Assembly (NCBI GenBank): GCA_009859145.1
Contig: VRVR01000040.1
Span: 99,615-163,614 of the forward strand
Length of the DNA: 64,000 nt
Origin: Andalucia godoyi And28
Lineage: Eukaryota > Protista > Jakobida
Direction: 5' to 3'
A program made the translations under genes and the position numbers. Below, one piece after another: positions 21,416-31,860 of this stretch. The notes under the pieces are model-generated. The model ran no database searches, was not told the origin of the DNA, and worked only from the letters and a program-made list of their open reading frames with translations. Every line of letters begins with the position of its first letter. The stretch's first letter is position 1.

Positions 21416-23824
21416 ATGGAAAAGATGAGTGCGAGCAATGCTCGAGTTTCTGTTGCGATTCGCATGCGTCCTGGTGCGGGTGAGATTCTTCGGAAGGACA
21501 CAAACAATCCGTCGGTTATCAACTTGTTTGATCCACGCGTGACAGGGTCTGAGCGTGTTGAGCGGGAGTTTGGGTTTGACAAGATTTTTGATGACGATGC
21601 GACACAAGAAGCTGTTTTCGATCATGTGTGCAAGCCGCTTGTTGAGCATGTGTTTGAAGGATTCAATGCATGCTGTTTTGCGTACGGTCAAACAGGCTCC
21701 GGTAAGACTTATTCCATCTTTGGACTTGCGGGTGAGAAGCGAGGAGTTGTTCCCAGAGCCATGGAATGCATCTTTGAAACGATTGAGAAGCGGAGACCTT
21801 ACGCTCACATTGCTACGTTCGTCTCGTTTCTTGAGATTTACATGGATGACATTGGGGATCTGGGAAAAATTTATGTGGACCAGAAACAGGCGTCCAGGTC
21901 AGCACCAGCGACATCCAGGATTGAATATAACCCACCGTCGCAACGACTGGAAAATCCTCAGAAACCCGCTTCTGCTTCCATGAGACCAAGTTCTGCGTCT
22001 GTTCGGCCAGCGTCGGCGGTTTCGAGACCCGGTTCTGCATACACTGGATATGCAGGCTCCGTGATGAGTACGGGATTGGTTCGAAAGCCGGATATGACTC
22101 AGCGAAAGTACTTTGATGAAAAATTGGATATTCGGGAAAATCCAGATGGCTCTGTGTTTGTGAAGGATTTGGCCACGATTCCTGTCAGTTCGGTTTCAGA
22201 GGTCATGGAGATCATCAATCTGGGAGTTGCACAGCGGGCGACGTTTGAAACAATGATGAATGCCTATTCCTCCCGCTCACATACGATCTTCACAATCACC
22301 ATTGTACAGACGAACAAAACAACAGAGGAGACCATGACCGGAATGTTGAATTTGGTGGATTTGGCTGGCTCCGAGCGGCTAAAAAGATCCGAGTCTGAGG
22401 GGCAGCGATTCAAGGAAGCAGTGGTGATCAACAAGTCGCTGAGCGCGCTCGGTAACGTTATTTTAGGTCTCGATTCGAATGCAAATTACATCCATTATCG
22501 AGATTCCAAGCTCACGAGAATCTTGCAGGATTCTCTGGGCGGCAACTCTTTCACCACGCTGCTGGCGACTACGTATCCTACGATTGACAATTACGAAGAG
22601 TGCATGGCAACTCTGCAGTTTGCGAAGCGCTGCAAGAACGTGCAGAATCATCCACGAGTCAACTATGTAGAGCTCTCTGCGGCGCAGCAGGAAGGCAGGA
22701 TTCGAAAGCTCCAAGAAGAAATTGCGAGATTGCGAGAAGAGAAGGAACAACAACAGGATCAGTTTCAGAGAAAGATGAATGAGCTGATGTCAAAAATGAG
22801 CATGTTTGGAGTGCAGTTTGACGCAGATGGGACGATCCTCGGTACGCGCAGTGCTCGAGGTATCGGAGACGGATTTGGTGGTTCTGGCGGTCTTGGAGGG
22901 GCGTCCGGCGGTGGTACGGGATCTGATGAGGCGTCTTCTTCCTTCCGGAAGAAGGCTGAGCATGCGGAGAAAGAACGTGAGCAGCTGAATAAGAAGCTAG
23001 AGGAACGAAGAATCGCGTTTGCAAAGGCACAAGAACAAGCGCGATCTGAGGTTGGCAAGCATGCCGCCGAGGTGTCGGATTTGAAGTCACGGATTGCGCA
23101 ACTGCAGGACCAACTCACATCTTTGCAGTCTTCCAAAGATACAGAGCTGGAAAATGCTCGACGATCTCTTGCAACAGAACTCGAGAGGATACAGGGTGGC
23201 AATGATCGAATCTTTGCTGAACAGTTAAAGCTTCTGCAGAATCTTCCAGAGGCGTTCAAGGCGGCAATGAAGAGCAGCATATCCCCTGAAGCGACCAATC
23301 GATTGTCCAAAGGTGCAATCTCGGAAGAACACCATCGACAGTTGCTACGGGCCATCGATGCGAGCAACTCTCAGGCTCTAACACAGATTCGAGACATGTA
23401 CCAGTCGTTCATCCAGTCTGCCAGGAATGAAATCTGCAACATCAAGTACAAGGCAGAGCAAGAAAAGAAGGATTTTGAGCAAAGGATTCTGGAAACTGGT
23501 CGCCAACGCGATCTCTTGTACCAACTGACTCTGAATCTTGTGCGAATTGCAGAAAGTGGAAAGACATTTCCTAAACACGTTGGCGGAACTGGCATCGTGC
23601 TCCCCGAGTACAATCCGCTCATGAAGTTTGATACAAGTGTGCTGGACCATTGTGTCAAGAGATCAGCAGTTATTGTCAAGGAAGCAGAAGACCCGCTGCG
23701 GCCAGTCGTCCCAAGATCTCATTCTCGAACTGCCTCCATGCAAAGCCTAACTTCTCCTATGACTGTCTCGTCGTCGCTTGCAAACACCCCCCGACCAACC
23801 TCTGCCCGGCCATCTTATTACTAA
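21416..23824 (+). CDS. N-terminal motor kinesin with coiled-coil stalk
   Basis: FAYGQTGSGKT, SSRSHTIF, LVDLAGSER, INKSLSAL, YRDSKLTRILQDSLGGN. Subfamily not determined. Confidence 0.95.
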   Translation: MEKMSASNARVSVAIRMRPGAGEILRKDTNNPSVINLFDPRVTGSERVEREFGFDKIFDDDATQEAVFDHVCKPLVEHVFEGFNACCFAYGQTGSGKTYSIFGLAGEKRGVVPRAMECIFETIEKRRPYAHIATFVSFLEIYMDDIGDLGKIYVDQKQASRSAPATSRIEYNPPSQRLENPQKPASASMRPSSASVRPASAVSRPGSAYTGYAGSVMSTGLVRKPDMTQRKYFDEKLDIRENPDGSVFVKDLATIPVSSVSEVMEIINLGVAQRATFETMMNAYSSRSHTIFTITIVQTNKTTEETMTGMLNLVDLAGSERLKRSESEGQRFKEAVVINKSLSALGNVILGLDSNANYIHYRDSKLTRILQDSLGGNSFTTLLATTYPTIDNYEECMATLQFAKRCKNVQNHPRVNYVELSAAQQEGRIRKLQEEIARLREEKEQQQDQFQRKMNELMSKMSMFGVQFDADGTILGTRSARGIGDGFGGSGGLGGASGGGTGSDEASSSFRKKAEHAEKEREQLNKKLEERRIAFAKAQEQARSEVGKHAAEVSDLKSRIAQLQDQLTSLQSSKDTELENARRSLATELERIQGGNDRIFAEQLKLLQNLPEAFKAAMKSSISPEATNRLSKGAISEEHHRQLLRAIDASNSQALTQIRDMYQSFIQSARNEICNIKYKAEQEKKDFEQRILETGRQRDLLYQLTLNLVRIAESGKTFPKHVGGTGIVLPEYNPLMKFDTSVLDHCVKRSAVIVKEAEDPLRPVVPRSHSRTASMQSLTSPMTVSSSLANTPRPTSARPSYY

Positions 23825-23974
23825 CTCGTCCTGATTTTTTATTCATTTTATTCTTTATTCACTGTTCTTTGAAAAACGTTTGTTTTTGGTTTTATTATTA
23901 TTATTAAAAACATCCTGCGTGAATTGAATCGTCATCTCGCTCTTCTCATTCCCCTCGCTTTCCTTGTCCCCCCC

Positions 23975-23976
<2 letters not shown>

Positions 23977-24006
<30 letters not shown>
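23977..24006. repeat. (CA)n microsatellite
   Basis: Directly visible. Confidence 0.9.
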
Positions 24007-24007
<1 letters not shown>

Positions 24008-24361
24008 TCACTGCAGCCATGATCGAGGTAGTCCAACTGCATACGTCCCAAAAATCTCTTCCCGTGCGAAGGAACGTCTGTCGTAATCGGAGTCAGCTCT
24101 CAAAATGGTACACTGAACGAAGGAACGAATGGAACGAAAGGAACGAATGGATTTGCGATTTGTCCACTTGGTTTCTTGCAAAAACGTCGCTGTACGATTT
24201 GTTTCAAATCACGTTCGTTTATTATTGCTGCTCGTGAAGACCTAAGAGACTCGAGACTTGGCACACCATCATCATTTGCACATTGAACAGGGATATTCCT
24301 GCAGTTCCGAGTTTGCATCTTCGTTCTTTGTTTGTTGGATAGCGTTGTTTTGTTGTTTTGT

Positions 24362-24392
<31 letters not shown>

Positions 24393-24506
24393 GATCGTTC
24401 TAAACCGTGCTTGTCTCGTTTGGCCCTCAAAAGAGAAATTTTTTAATTTTTAAAAAATTATCTTTTTTGTTTGGGTAGGGACGGTGGCCGTTGAAGCTTG
24501 CAGAAC

Positions 24507-27500
24507 ATGTTTCGGCATCATGGATCATCGATGTCTGTGGACGGTGGTGCTTCATTAGGCCCTTCAAGCATGGAGGATGTGTTTCGCATGGCTCTTCAAA
24601 ATAATGATATTGCGCAAGTTCAGGCATGTATTGCGTCTGGAATGTCAGTCGAGACGCAGTTTGATTTCGGAAAGACTCCTTTGATGATTGCTGCTGAGCG
24701 GGGATACTCTGCGATCGTCGAGTTGCTCGTGGTTCACGGTGCAAAGGTCCTTTCCTCGGATGAGGCGATGAAGTTCCCTATCATGCATGCTGCAGAACAT
24801 GGGCATCTCGACATCGTCAAGTTTCTTGCGAAAAACGGGGCTGCTTTGGACATTCACAATTTCAGAGGACATTCTGCGCTGACGCTGTCCATCATTCACA
24901 ACCACTTAAATATAGTCAGGTGGCTTCTGGATGCGGGTGCCGATGTCAATTCTCCGAATGATGGTGGGTTTACTCCATTGATGATGGCTGCAGAAAAGGG
25001 GTTTTTGCTCATTGTGCAACTGCTGGTCGACAGGGGTGCGGACATCACGGCAAGAACCAAACGAGGCCATACTGCACTTTCGCTAGCGAAAAAGTACAAA
25101 AGAGACTCTGTTGTCTCGTATTTGCAAGGTTTGCAAAATCATCCAGATCACACAGACGACGAAGCGGACGCTGCTACTGCGTCGAAGGAGCGACGAGAGA
25201 GTATAGCGTCAAGCCACCCGATCGCAGAGAGTGCTAAACCTGGAGACGATGATGCATCTGAGGAGTCAAAGAATCGAACGTCCCGACGGCATGTTACGAT
25301 TATGAAGAAGGTACGTTCTTCCATCAACCTGACGGATGCTGCTCGGCAAGGTGTGGTCGCTGCAGTTCATCATGTCCTAGAGATGCAGGACGACGTGGAT
25401 GGCACTGAGGCCCTCGTGATTGCAGTGGAAAAGGGATTTCCTGATATTGCACAGGTTCTCTTGGAAAAGGGCACGTCGGCAGATGCCCGCAATGCTGCTG
25501 GAGATCCGCTGCTGCTGATTTCCTATCGGTTGCGAAATCGATCCTTGTCCGAACTTCTGCTTTCGTGGGAAGCAAGCCCACTTGTGGAAAACAAGCACGG
25601 AATGACTCCTCTTGCATTGGCAGCGTCCGAAGGAAATCTCGAATGGGTTGCATTTTACGTTCAAAAGGGGGCACCTGCAAATGGTCCTTTTGCGTCTGGA
25701 AAAATTCCTCTGTTGTTGGCTGCCGCGCACGGTCACGAGGATGTTGTGCGGTATCTTGTTGATGAAGCGAATGCGTCAGTGCACATCAAGAACACTTCTG
25801 GGGTGACTGCCTTGATGCAAGCTTGCTGGAATGGATATTGGTCCATCGCTGCGTTCTTGCTTGCGCATGGAGCAGATGCACACGTTGTGGACGAAGACGG
25901 CGATACTGCTCTGTCGAAGGCTTGTCAACATGGCCATGTGGCTGTCGTGGAGCATCTTTTGCTCGAGCACAACGTTGCCGTCAATACTGTCCACTCCGTT
26001 TCGGGCATGACTCCTTTGATGCTCGCTTGCCAAGGTCCGCATGCGAGGATCGTTCAATTGCTGCTGGACCATGGCGCGTCAATCTTCCCAAAGACCAAGA
26101 AATCGAAAACAGCGCTGTTGTACGCTGTGAAGAGCTCGAATTGGGATGTCGTTGAGCTTTTGCTGCAGAGAAACGCGGAAGTCATTCCTGGTCAACAGCT
26201 CTTCAAGGATGCACTTCTTATGGCCGCTGGGGCGGGGCATGCTCAGGTTGTCCGGTTGCTGCTCGATCGCGGCGTTCCTATTGAATCAAAAAACCACTGC
26301 CAGGCCACGCCACTTATCTATGCCGTTGAACAGGCCCCGGTCATCAACGTTACGTCCATCGGGCTTCCCAGACAGCACCATCATTCTCTTCCTACCCAGC
26401 ATTCTCAAGCACCCCCAGCAAGGCAGGCCGGGCACATGTCGCTGATCTCCGCTCATTCTGGCCATGGTTCTTTGCACTCCGAAGGGTTCTCTGCGGATCA
26501 GACCCTTGTGCAAAACGATCTGTATGTCCCTGCAGTGTCCACGAGTATTCGCGTGTCCACTGGTACTTCTGATGATGCAGCATCGACAGAACGCAAAGCC
26601 CAGTCGGAAGCCGCGACGTTAGAGAAGGTCCATCTTGACACGGATGACGCAGACTCCTGCGGTGGGGATGCTGTTGCTGCCGCGACTGTTGTTGCAGATG
26701 TCGTTGCTGTTGATGTCGATGTTGGCCATGTCGAAGAGCCTGCTGCTTCCGATCTGCGAGGAAAATCGGCTGTTGTTTCCCATGCAAAGGCTGGTGAGCC
26801 GCATGCAGATGCAGAACATCCCCAGTCTGCGTCGACACCCGACAATGGATCAGCGTCGGCTCTGCACAAGGCGGAATTATGTTTGCACCCACCGGGGCCC
26901 GTTGCGAACGGTCTGGAAGAAGTACTTACCTTGCTACTTGATAGGGGTGCAAATGTGAATGCACATCAGTATCAACGAAGAACAGCGTTGCACATTGCAG
27001 TAGAGAAAGGCTATGCCTCGGTTGTGAAACTTCTATTGGCCAGGGGGGCCAATCCCAATGCGACTGCCGGGTACCATACGACTCCGTTAATGATTGCGGC
27101 CGCGCATAACCAGGTGGAAATTGTGCGATATCTCATCTCAAGTGGCGCAGATACTGCCCTGCGTGATGAGCAAGAAATGTCGGCCGTTTCACATGCGGCG
27201 CAGAAACGGCACGTCGATGTCTTGCTCGTTCTCCTGCTCGATTCCGACGCTGAAATGGACGGACTCAGTGGGTACTCGTTTTTGCTGAACTCTGTCTTTG
27301 GCTTCTTTTCAAAGTCTCGATTTCTGGAGAAGATTGCAAAGGGTAATATCCCGCTCGAAGCCGAGTTCAGATATGCTGCTCTGGTAGGTACCTGGTTTGT
27401 TGTCAAGCTCCTTGCACAGCAGATTCCGAAGCACAATGTTGACATTCCTTCGCCCTATGGCAATACCGCCCTCATCCTCGCAGCTGCGCTCAACCACATT

Positions 27501-27731
27501 GATGTTGCAAAGTATCTGATTGACGAAGCAAAGTGTAATATCGATCTGGTCAACCTTGACGGAATGACAGCACTCCACGTGGCCTCATCCCTTGGACACT
27601 TGTCCATGGTGAAGCTGCTGGTCGAACGCGGTGCATCTTCCAAGACTGTAGACAACAGAAGACGGACAGCTGCCCGTTGTGCGAAAGAAGCAGGACAAAA
27701 TGATATTGTAGAATTCCTGAAGGATGCATAA
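24507..27731 (+). CDS. Multi-ankyrin-repeat protein
   Basis: Many G-x-T-P/A-L-x-x-A repeats (GKTPLMIAAERG, GFTPLMMAAEKG, GMTPLMLACQG, GNTALILAAALN) in clusters separated by low-complexity linkers. Confidence 0.93.
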   Translation: MFRHHGSSMSVDGGASLGPSSMEDVFRMALQNNDIAQVQACIASGMSVETQFDFGKTPLMIAAERGYSAIVELLVVHGAKVLSSDEAMKFPIMHAAEHGHLDIVKFLAKNGAALDIHNFRGHSALTLSIIHNHLNIVRWLLDAGADVNSPNDGGFTPLMMAAEKGFLLIVQLLVDRGADITARTKRGHTALSLAKKYKRDSVVSYLQGLQNHPDHTDDEADAATASKERRESIASSHPIAESAKPGDDDASEESKNRTSRRHVTIMKKVRSSINLTDAARQGVVAAVHHVLEMQDDVDGTEALVIAVEKGFPDIAQVLLEKGTSADARNAAGDPLLLISYRLRNRSLSELLLSWEASPLVENKHGMTPLALAASEGNLEWVAFYVQKGAPANGPFASGKIPLLLAAAHGHEDVVRYLVDEANASVHIKNTSGVTALMQACWNGYWSIAAFLLAHGADAHVVDEDGDTALSKACQHGHVAVVEHLLLEHNVAVNTVHSVSGMTPLMLACQGPHARIVQLLLDHGASIFPKTKKSKTALLYAVKSSNWDVVELLLQRNAEVIPGQQLFKDALLMAAGAGHAQVVRLLLDRGVPIESKNHCQATPLIYAVEQAPVINVTSIGLPRQHHHSLPTQHSQAPPARQAGHMSLISAHSGHGSLHSEGFSADQTLVQNDLYVPAVSTSIRVSTGTSDDAASTERKAQSEAATLEKVHLDTDDADSCGGDAVAAATVVADVVAVDVDVGHVEEPAASDLRGKSAVVSHAKAGEPHADAEHPQSASTPDNGSASALHKAELCLHPPGPVANGLEEVLTLLLDRGANVNAHQYQRRTALHIAVEKGYASVVKLLLARGANPNATAGYHTTPLMIAAAHNQVEIVRYLISSGADTALRDEQEMSAVSHAAQKRHVDVLLVLLLDSDAEMDGLSGYSFLLNSVFGFFSKSRFLEKIAKGNIPLEAEFRYAALVGTWFVVKLLAQQIPKHNVDIPSPYGNTALILAAALNHIDVAKYLIDEAKCNIDLVNLDGMTALHVASSLGHLSMVKLLVERGASSKTVDNRRRTAARCAKEAGQNDIVEFLKDA

Positions 27732-28246
27732 GCATCAAAAACACCCAAACAATCCTGAGCATGCTTCGTTTCTTTGTCTTTTTGTTTGATACTCTTTATT
27801 TTTGCTTTGTTTGTTTTGTTTGATTTGTCCGTTTGGAGCGGGATGATTGATGATTTACATGATTATTATTATTTTGATTACATTTGTATTGCATAAACTA
27901 TGAACCATTTTTTTACATCGCTTTTTCTTTCTTGTGATGCTTCGTCTTGTTTCTGAATTGCCTTCCCGTCCGTACTTCACAGAGCGTCTTCGGTTCAAGG
28001 AGCCTGTTTTTCGCTTCGCAGGACACTCCACTTTGCACTGGTTTCTGTCCATGTGCGAAATCGCCTGTAAAATAAAAAAATGCATGCGCCAAACCAAACA
28101 AGGAAAAACCCAGTATCGATCGATGGGTATTGGCTGCTTCCGCGACCGTCCGAGTCTCTGCATTTTCGACCATTTTCCTTACCCGATTGCAGCGTCAGTG
28201 CAGCCGAGAAAAGAAGAAAAAAGCAAAAGAGAGAAGAGAAACAAGA

Positions 28247-29257
28247 ATGCTTCCGATCAACGAAGTCGATTTCCTTTCGAAGTGCATCAAGGAGAATATT
28301 CGAAGTGACGGACGATCGTTTAGCGAGATGCGCACGCTTCGTTTGTCTCTCTCGTTTTCCCAAGATGCTGCGCACACGTTTTCCGCGGATTCATCCTCCA
28401 AAATGCCGTCAATTCCAAATGCAAGCATACCAAGTCATAAGAGCAGCAGCAATAGTAGTAGCAGTAGTTCCAGTGGTAGTGGCGATGGTAGCAGTAATAG
28501 TGGTAGGGTGTATCCGGCATATGGAACTTGCGAAGCGCAACTTGGCAAAACCCGAGTGATTACTACGTGTTCGTATGCGATTACAGAGCCATTTGAAGAC
28601 CGGCCGACAGAGGGGTTTCTATCGTTTTCTGTTTCGTACTCACTGAGCAGTCCGCTTGGTCTGTCTTCTGCGCCGCGCGTCTCCGAGGCGTTTCTGGAGC
28701 GTGTATTGGAGCGCACGATCAAGGCATCTAAGGCAATTGACACGGAATCCTTGTGTATTTTATCCGGGGAACGAGTCTGGAGTATTTCTGCAAGTGTGAG
28801 AATCATCGAAGATGACGGAAATGTCGTGGACTGTGCATCCATTAGCTGTGCAGCTGCACTTCTTCACTTTCGCAAACCCGAAGTGTCGCTCGACGGGCTT
28901 GTTCTGACTGACAAGGACCCTGTTCCGCTTTCGATCCACCATATGCCGCTGTGTGTGTCATTTGCTTTTGTCCAGGACCCAGAGTCCGAAATGATGTATA
29001 AGATCTTGATCGATCCGCTCAGAATGGAGGAGGACTACATGGGCGGGTTCATGACTGTTGCAATGAATGTGCACGGCGAAGTGTGCCTGGTGCACAAGAA
29101 TGGAGGAACCTTGGTGTCCGATGATGTGTTACCAGCATGCATGGAGCTTACCGAGTCCCGAGTGAGGGAAATCTACACTTCGATCCGCACTGCGATCAAC
29201 CAGGATGCAGAAGACCGAAGAAAACGGTTCCACAGAACTTGGGCGAAAGCACAGTAA
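28247..29257 (+). CDS. RRP45: Exosome complex RNase PH-like subunit RRP45
   Basis: IRSDGRSFSEMR, CEAQLGKTRVI, PFEDRPTEG, AIDTESLCILSGERVWSI, DDGNVVDCASI and PLSIHHMPLCVSFAF. Confidence 0.93.
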   Translation: MLPINEVDFLSKCIKENIRSDGRSFSEMRTLRLSLSFSQDAAHTFSADSSSKMPSIPNASIPSHKSSSNSSSSSSSGSGDGSSNSGRVYPAYGTCEAQLGKTRVITTCSYAITEPFEDRPTEGFLSFSVSYSLSSPLGLSSAPRVSEAFLERVLERTIKASKAIDTESLCILSGERVWSISASVRIIEDDGNVVDCASISCAAALLHFRKPEVSLDGLVLTDKDPVPLSIHHMPLCVSFAFVQDPESEMMYKILIDPLRMEEDYMGGFMTVAMNVHGEVCLVHKNGGTLVSDDVLPACMELTESRVREIYTSIRTAINQDAEDRRKRFHRTWAKAQ

Positions 29258-29400
29258 AAGTATTGTTTTTAATTTAAAATTTTCCCAAAAAAGAAAACCT
29301 TTCTCTTTTTTAATGCTGCTCATGTTCACTGCAGGGCTTTTTTGATTTTGATTTTTGATGTTGTTTTGTTTTTAACCTTGTCACCGAAACAAGCTTCCTC

Positions 29401-29750
29401 GGTCCTGCGATTTCCATTCTAAAAGAGGATTTGGCTTGGCTCTGCGTCTGCTGTTGGTCTTCTCTGGAAAAATCCGGGAACGCTGAGACCCAAGCGTGAA
29501 GCGCACAGCGCGCTGGCTGCTGGTCGCTGACCGTCATTCGGGAGAGATGTTCCGGGCATCACCTGCTGTAGGGTGTTCCCGTCTTTGATCGTCCACCGGT
29601 AATTAGGGCTTCTTGTTAAGGTTGCAGGAAACAAAAGTCCGGCAGTAGTTTACCCTAGCACCATTCTCCTGTTGTTCGTAAGAGGAAACTGGCTAACCCT
29701 GCCCTCGCCTGGTTGGTGGCAAGGCAGGAAATCTCCAATTGGGGCAGTCA
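29401..29750 (+). ncRNA. Candidate structured ncRNA (RNase P/MRP-like features) in the RRP45-RPS21 spacer
   Basis: GC-rich non-coding island with several stems: AGAGGATT/GGTCTTCT, CGGGAACGC/GTGTTCCCG, AGCGC/GCGCT, CCTGCC/GGCAGG. The CR-I-like GGAAAAATCCGG follows the first stem. Identity not established. Confidence 0.3.
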
Positions 29751-29856
29751 ATTTGTGTTTATTTGCTGTCTCGTTTCCAAGTTTTTTTGGATAGTGATTT
29801 TATTTCTGTCCCGTTTTGATTGCGTTTTTCTGTATTCTCGATCCTCCACAGACACA

Positions 29857-30229
29857 ATGGCCGACAAGGGTGACCTTTACACTCCGCGCAAGTGCGCAGC
29901 AACCAACCGGATCATCACCGCCAAGGACCATGCCTCTGTTGCGTTGATCGTTGGACATGTTGACGAGTCGGGTCTCTACACCAAGAAGACCAACACCTTT
30001 GTCCTTTCTGGAGCCGTCCGCTCAAACGTATGTTCATTTTTTCCGTAGGAATGACGATTTTCCCCGCAAGCTTTTTATGTCCGGTTCTTCGTTTTCTAAT
30101 CGTCTTTTTTCGTTTGATTGCTGGATTGCTTTTTGCCAACTTGTTTTCATTGAATGATGTGTTTAGGGAAAGTCGGATACCTCGTTGAACCGCCTCGCCA
30201 TCGAGAAGGGTCTTGCCCGTGACATCTAA
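29857..30229 (+). CDS. RPS21: 40S ribosomal protein S21 (eS21), two exons (29857-30027, 30167-30229)
   Basis: [23 protein letters not shown]; GTATGT...TTTAG intron; exon 2 encodes [16 protein letters not shown]. Confidence 0.95.
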
Positions 30230-30532
30230 AGTCATGCACGGACTCTGTTTGAATCGTGTCATGTAGAATTTGGAAAACACACATAAATCCACAAAAACAT
30301 CCATCGCTTGTTGTATTTTCCCGACCGGCACTCTCTCGCCATTAACTCTTATCCTCGTTCTGTCTTGTCGTTGTTTTGATCCTATTTACTATTACTGGCT
30401 TTCGCGGTCTCTTTTGCTTCGACAGTATGCGCATGCACTCGAGCATGTGCTTCTTGGTAATTGGAACGGAGGTGATTGTTGTCCTGGTGGAGTGGTGATA
30501 TTCCCTGGTGCCACCTCGTACGAGCCCATGTC

Positions 30533-31216
30533 CTACGACCACCAGAGTCCAATGGCAAACACAGCGAGCACTGCAACTCGGTTCCATGTCCACGGGCTTG
30601 GCGCCTCGACAACCGAGTCCTTGAAACACACTTTCGCAAACAAGATCGGTTCGTGGAACGGCTGAAACGGCTCGAGCAAGATGCGGTGGTCAGAGTCCTC
30701 GTGCGGCACGACCTGCTTCAGCACAAACGGACCGTACCCTTTGAATCGCGGGTCGTTTGCCACAAAAGCATACACAGGTTGCAACGAGTCTGTCGAGTGT
30801 ACCTTTTCAATCACGCTCTGCGGAAGATCGACGTGCTCTTCTGTTGCTTCGTGGAGTAACCTTATTCCCACCGGATACCCATCGGAGCTCCCTTCGTGGT
30901 GCCGACAATACCGTGCGTTGGGACTGGGCAGCGGAAACACGTCGTCGATGGTTTCACGAAGCACGTCAACCCCTCCTACAAGTTGTCCATCGACGAACAG
31001 TTGTGGGAACGTCGGCCAGTTCGAGTATGCAGGAAGATGCGTACGGACCCATTCGTTCTCAATCACATCGACATACGCAAAGCTCACTTGTCGGGAATGC
31101 AGCAAGTTCAGAAAGCGAGCCGTGAATCCGCACTTTGGCTCTGCCGGCGTCCCCTTGATAAAGCACACCACTTTGTGCATCCGAACCATCCAGTCCAAAT
31201 CGCAACCAGACTCCAT
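30533..31216 (-). CDS. Monothiol glutaredoxin (CGFT) fused to an unknown C-terminal domain with hydrophobic tail
   Basis: VVCFIKGTPAEPKCGFT, WPTFPQLFVDGQLVGG, then about 130 extra residues ending VAVLAVFAIGLWWS. Confidence 0.85.
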   Translation of the reverse strand: MESGCDLDWMVRMHKVVCFIKGTPAEPKCGFTARFLNLLHSRQVSFAYVDVIENEWVRTHLPAYSNWPTFPQLFVDGQLVGGVDVLRETIDDVFPLPSPNARYCRHHEGSSDGYPVGIRLLHEATEEHVDLPQSVIEKVHSTDSLQPVYAFVANDPRFKGYGPFVLKQVVPHEDSDHRILLEPFQPFHEPILFAKVCFKDSVVEAPSPWTWNRVAVLAVFAIGLWWS

Positions 31217-31860
31217 TTTCCCCCGTCTCGTCTTTTCCGTGCTCCCAATATTCTTCGTTGCGCACTTACCGGTATATTCCTGCGTACGAATGAAAGGAGG
31301 CTCCATTGACAAAAACAAACGGCCTTTGACAATTCCACCATAACCCTCTGTACACACTGTTTTACTCTGCTCGACTCTACTCATCCAGAAATTTCAAACA
31401 GTATTATTCCGGTCGCCTTTTTTCATGCACGCCAGTCCATTGACATTCTCGAAGTCCGTCCTGTCCGCCATGGCTGGATCGAGACATCGGAATGGTGTTG
31501 CCCTTTGAGCATCTATTTTGCTTCGGCCTGCCGGGTCCACGCCATTCCGAATTGCATTCACATTTGGTTCGGATGTCAGCAATTGATTCGCCATGCGTCG
31601 TGTGCAATGCAGCCGAGGATGCGCAGTACCAACTAGGTGATTATAGAAGGTTACGATTTGCGCACCCCGATTGCGCACCTGCAAGTAGCATCGTTCCATT
31701 TATTTATTATTATTTTTTTTAATTCATATATACAAATATAATTCTATCCTCTGGCCTTAGTAAAGTGCATGTCCGCTCTCTGACTTCCTAGTCTAAACGC
31801 TTCTTTTTTTTTATTTCATCATATTTATTTCTTTGCTGGCGTTCATTTTCCCTTTCCTCC

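Noticed and set aside
27855-28200. Short minus-strand ORFs with a GTAAGG...TTTACAG intron-like segment upstream of RRP45
   Set aside because: No coherent spliced protein could be built, and the upstream exon would be antisense to RRP45.
29424-29600. U3 snoRNA (AGCGTGAAG resembles box B) or guanidine/ykkC-like riboswitch words
   Set aside because: U3 boxes A, C and D are missing, and the conserved ykkC core is not present in the right order.
30028-30166. snoRNA in the RPS21 intron (ATGACGA box C-like)
   Set aside because: No CTGA box D and no recognisable rRNA complement.
31394-31699. 101-aa minus-strand ATG ORF with a faint ankyrin-like segment
   Set aside because: No complete repeat motif or other support; may be a remnant or a chance ORF.
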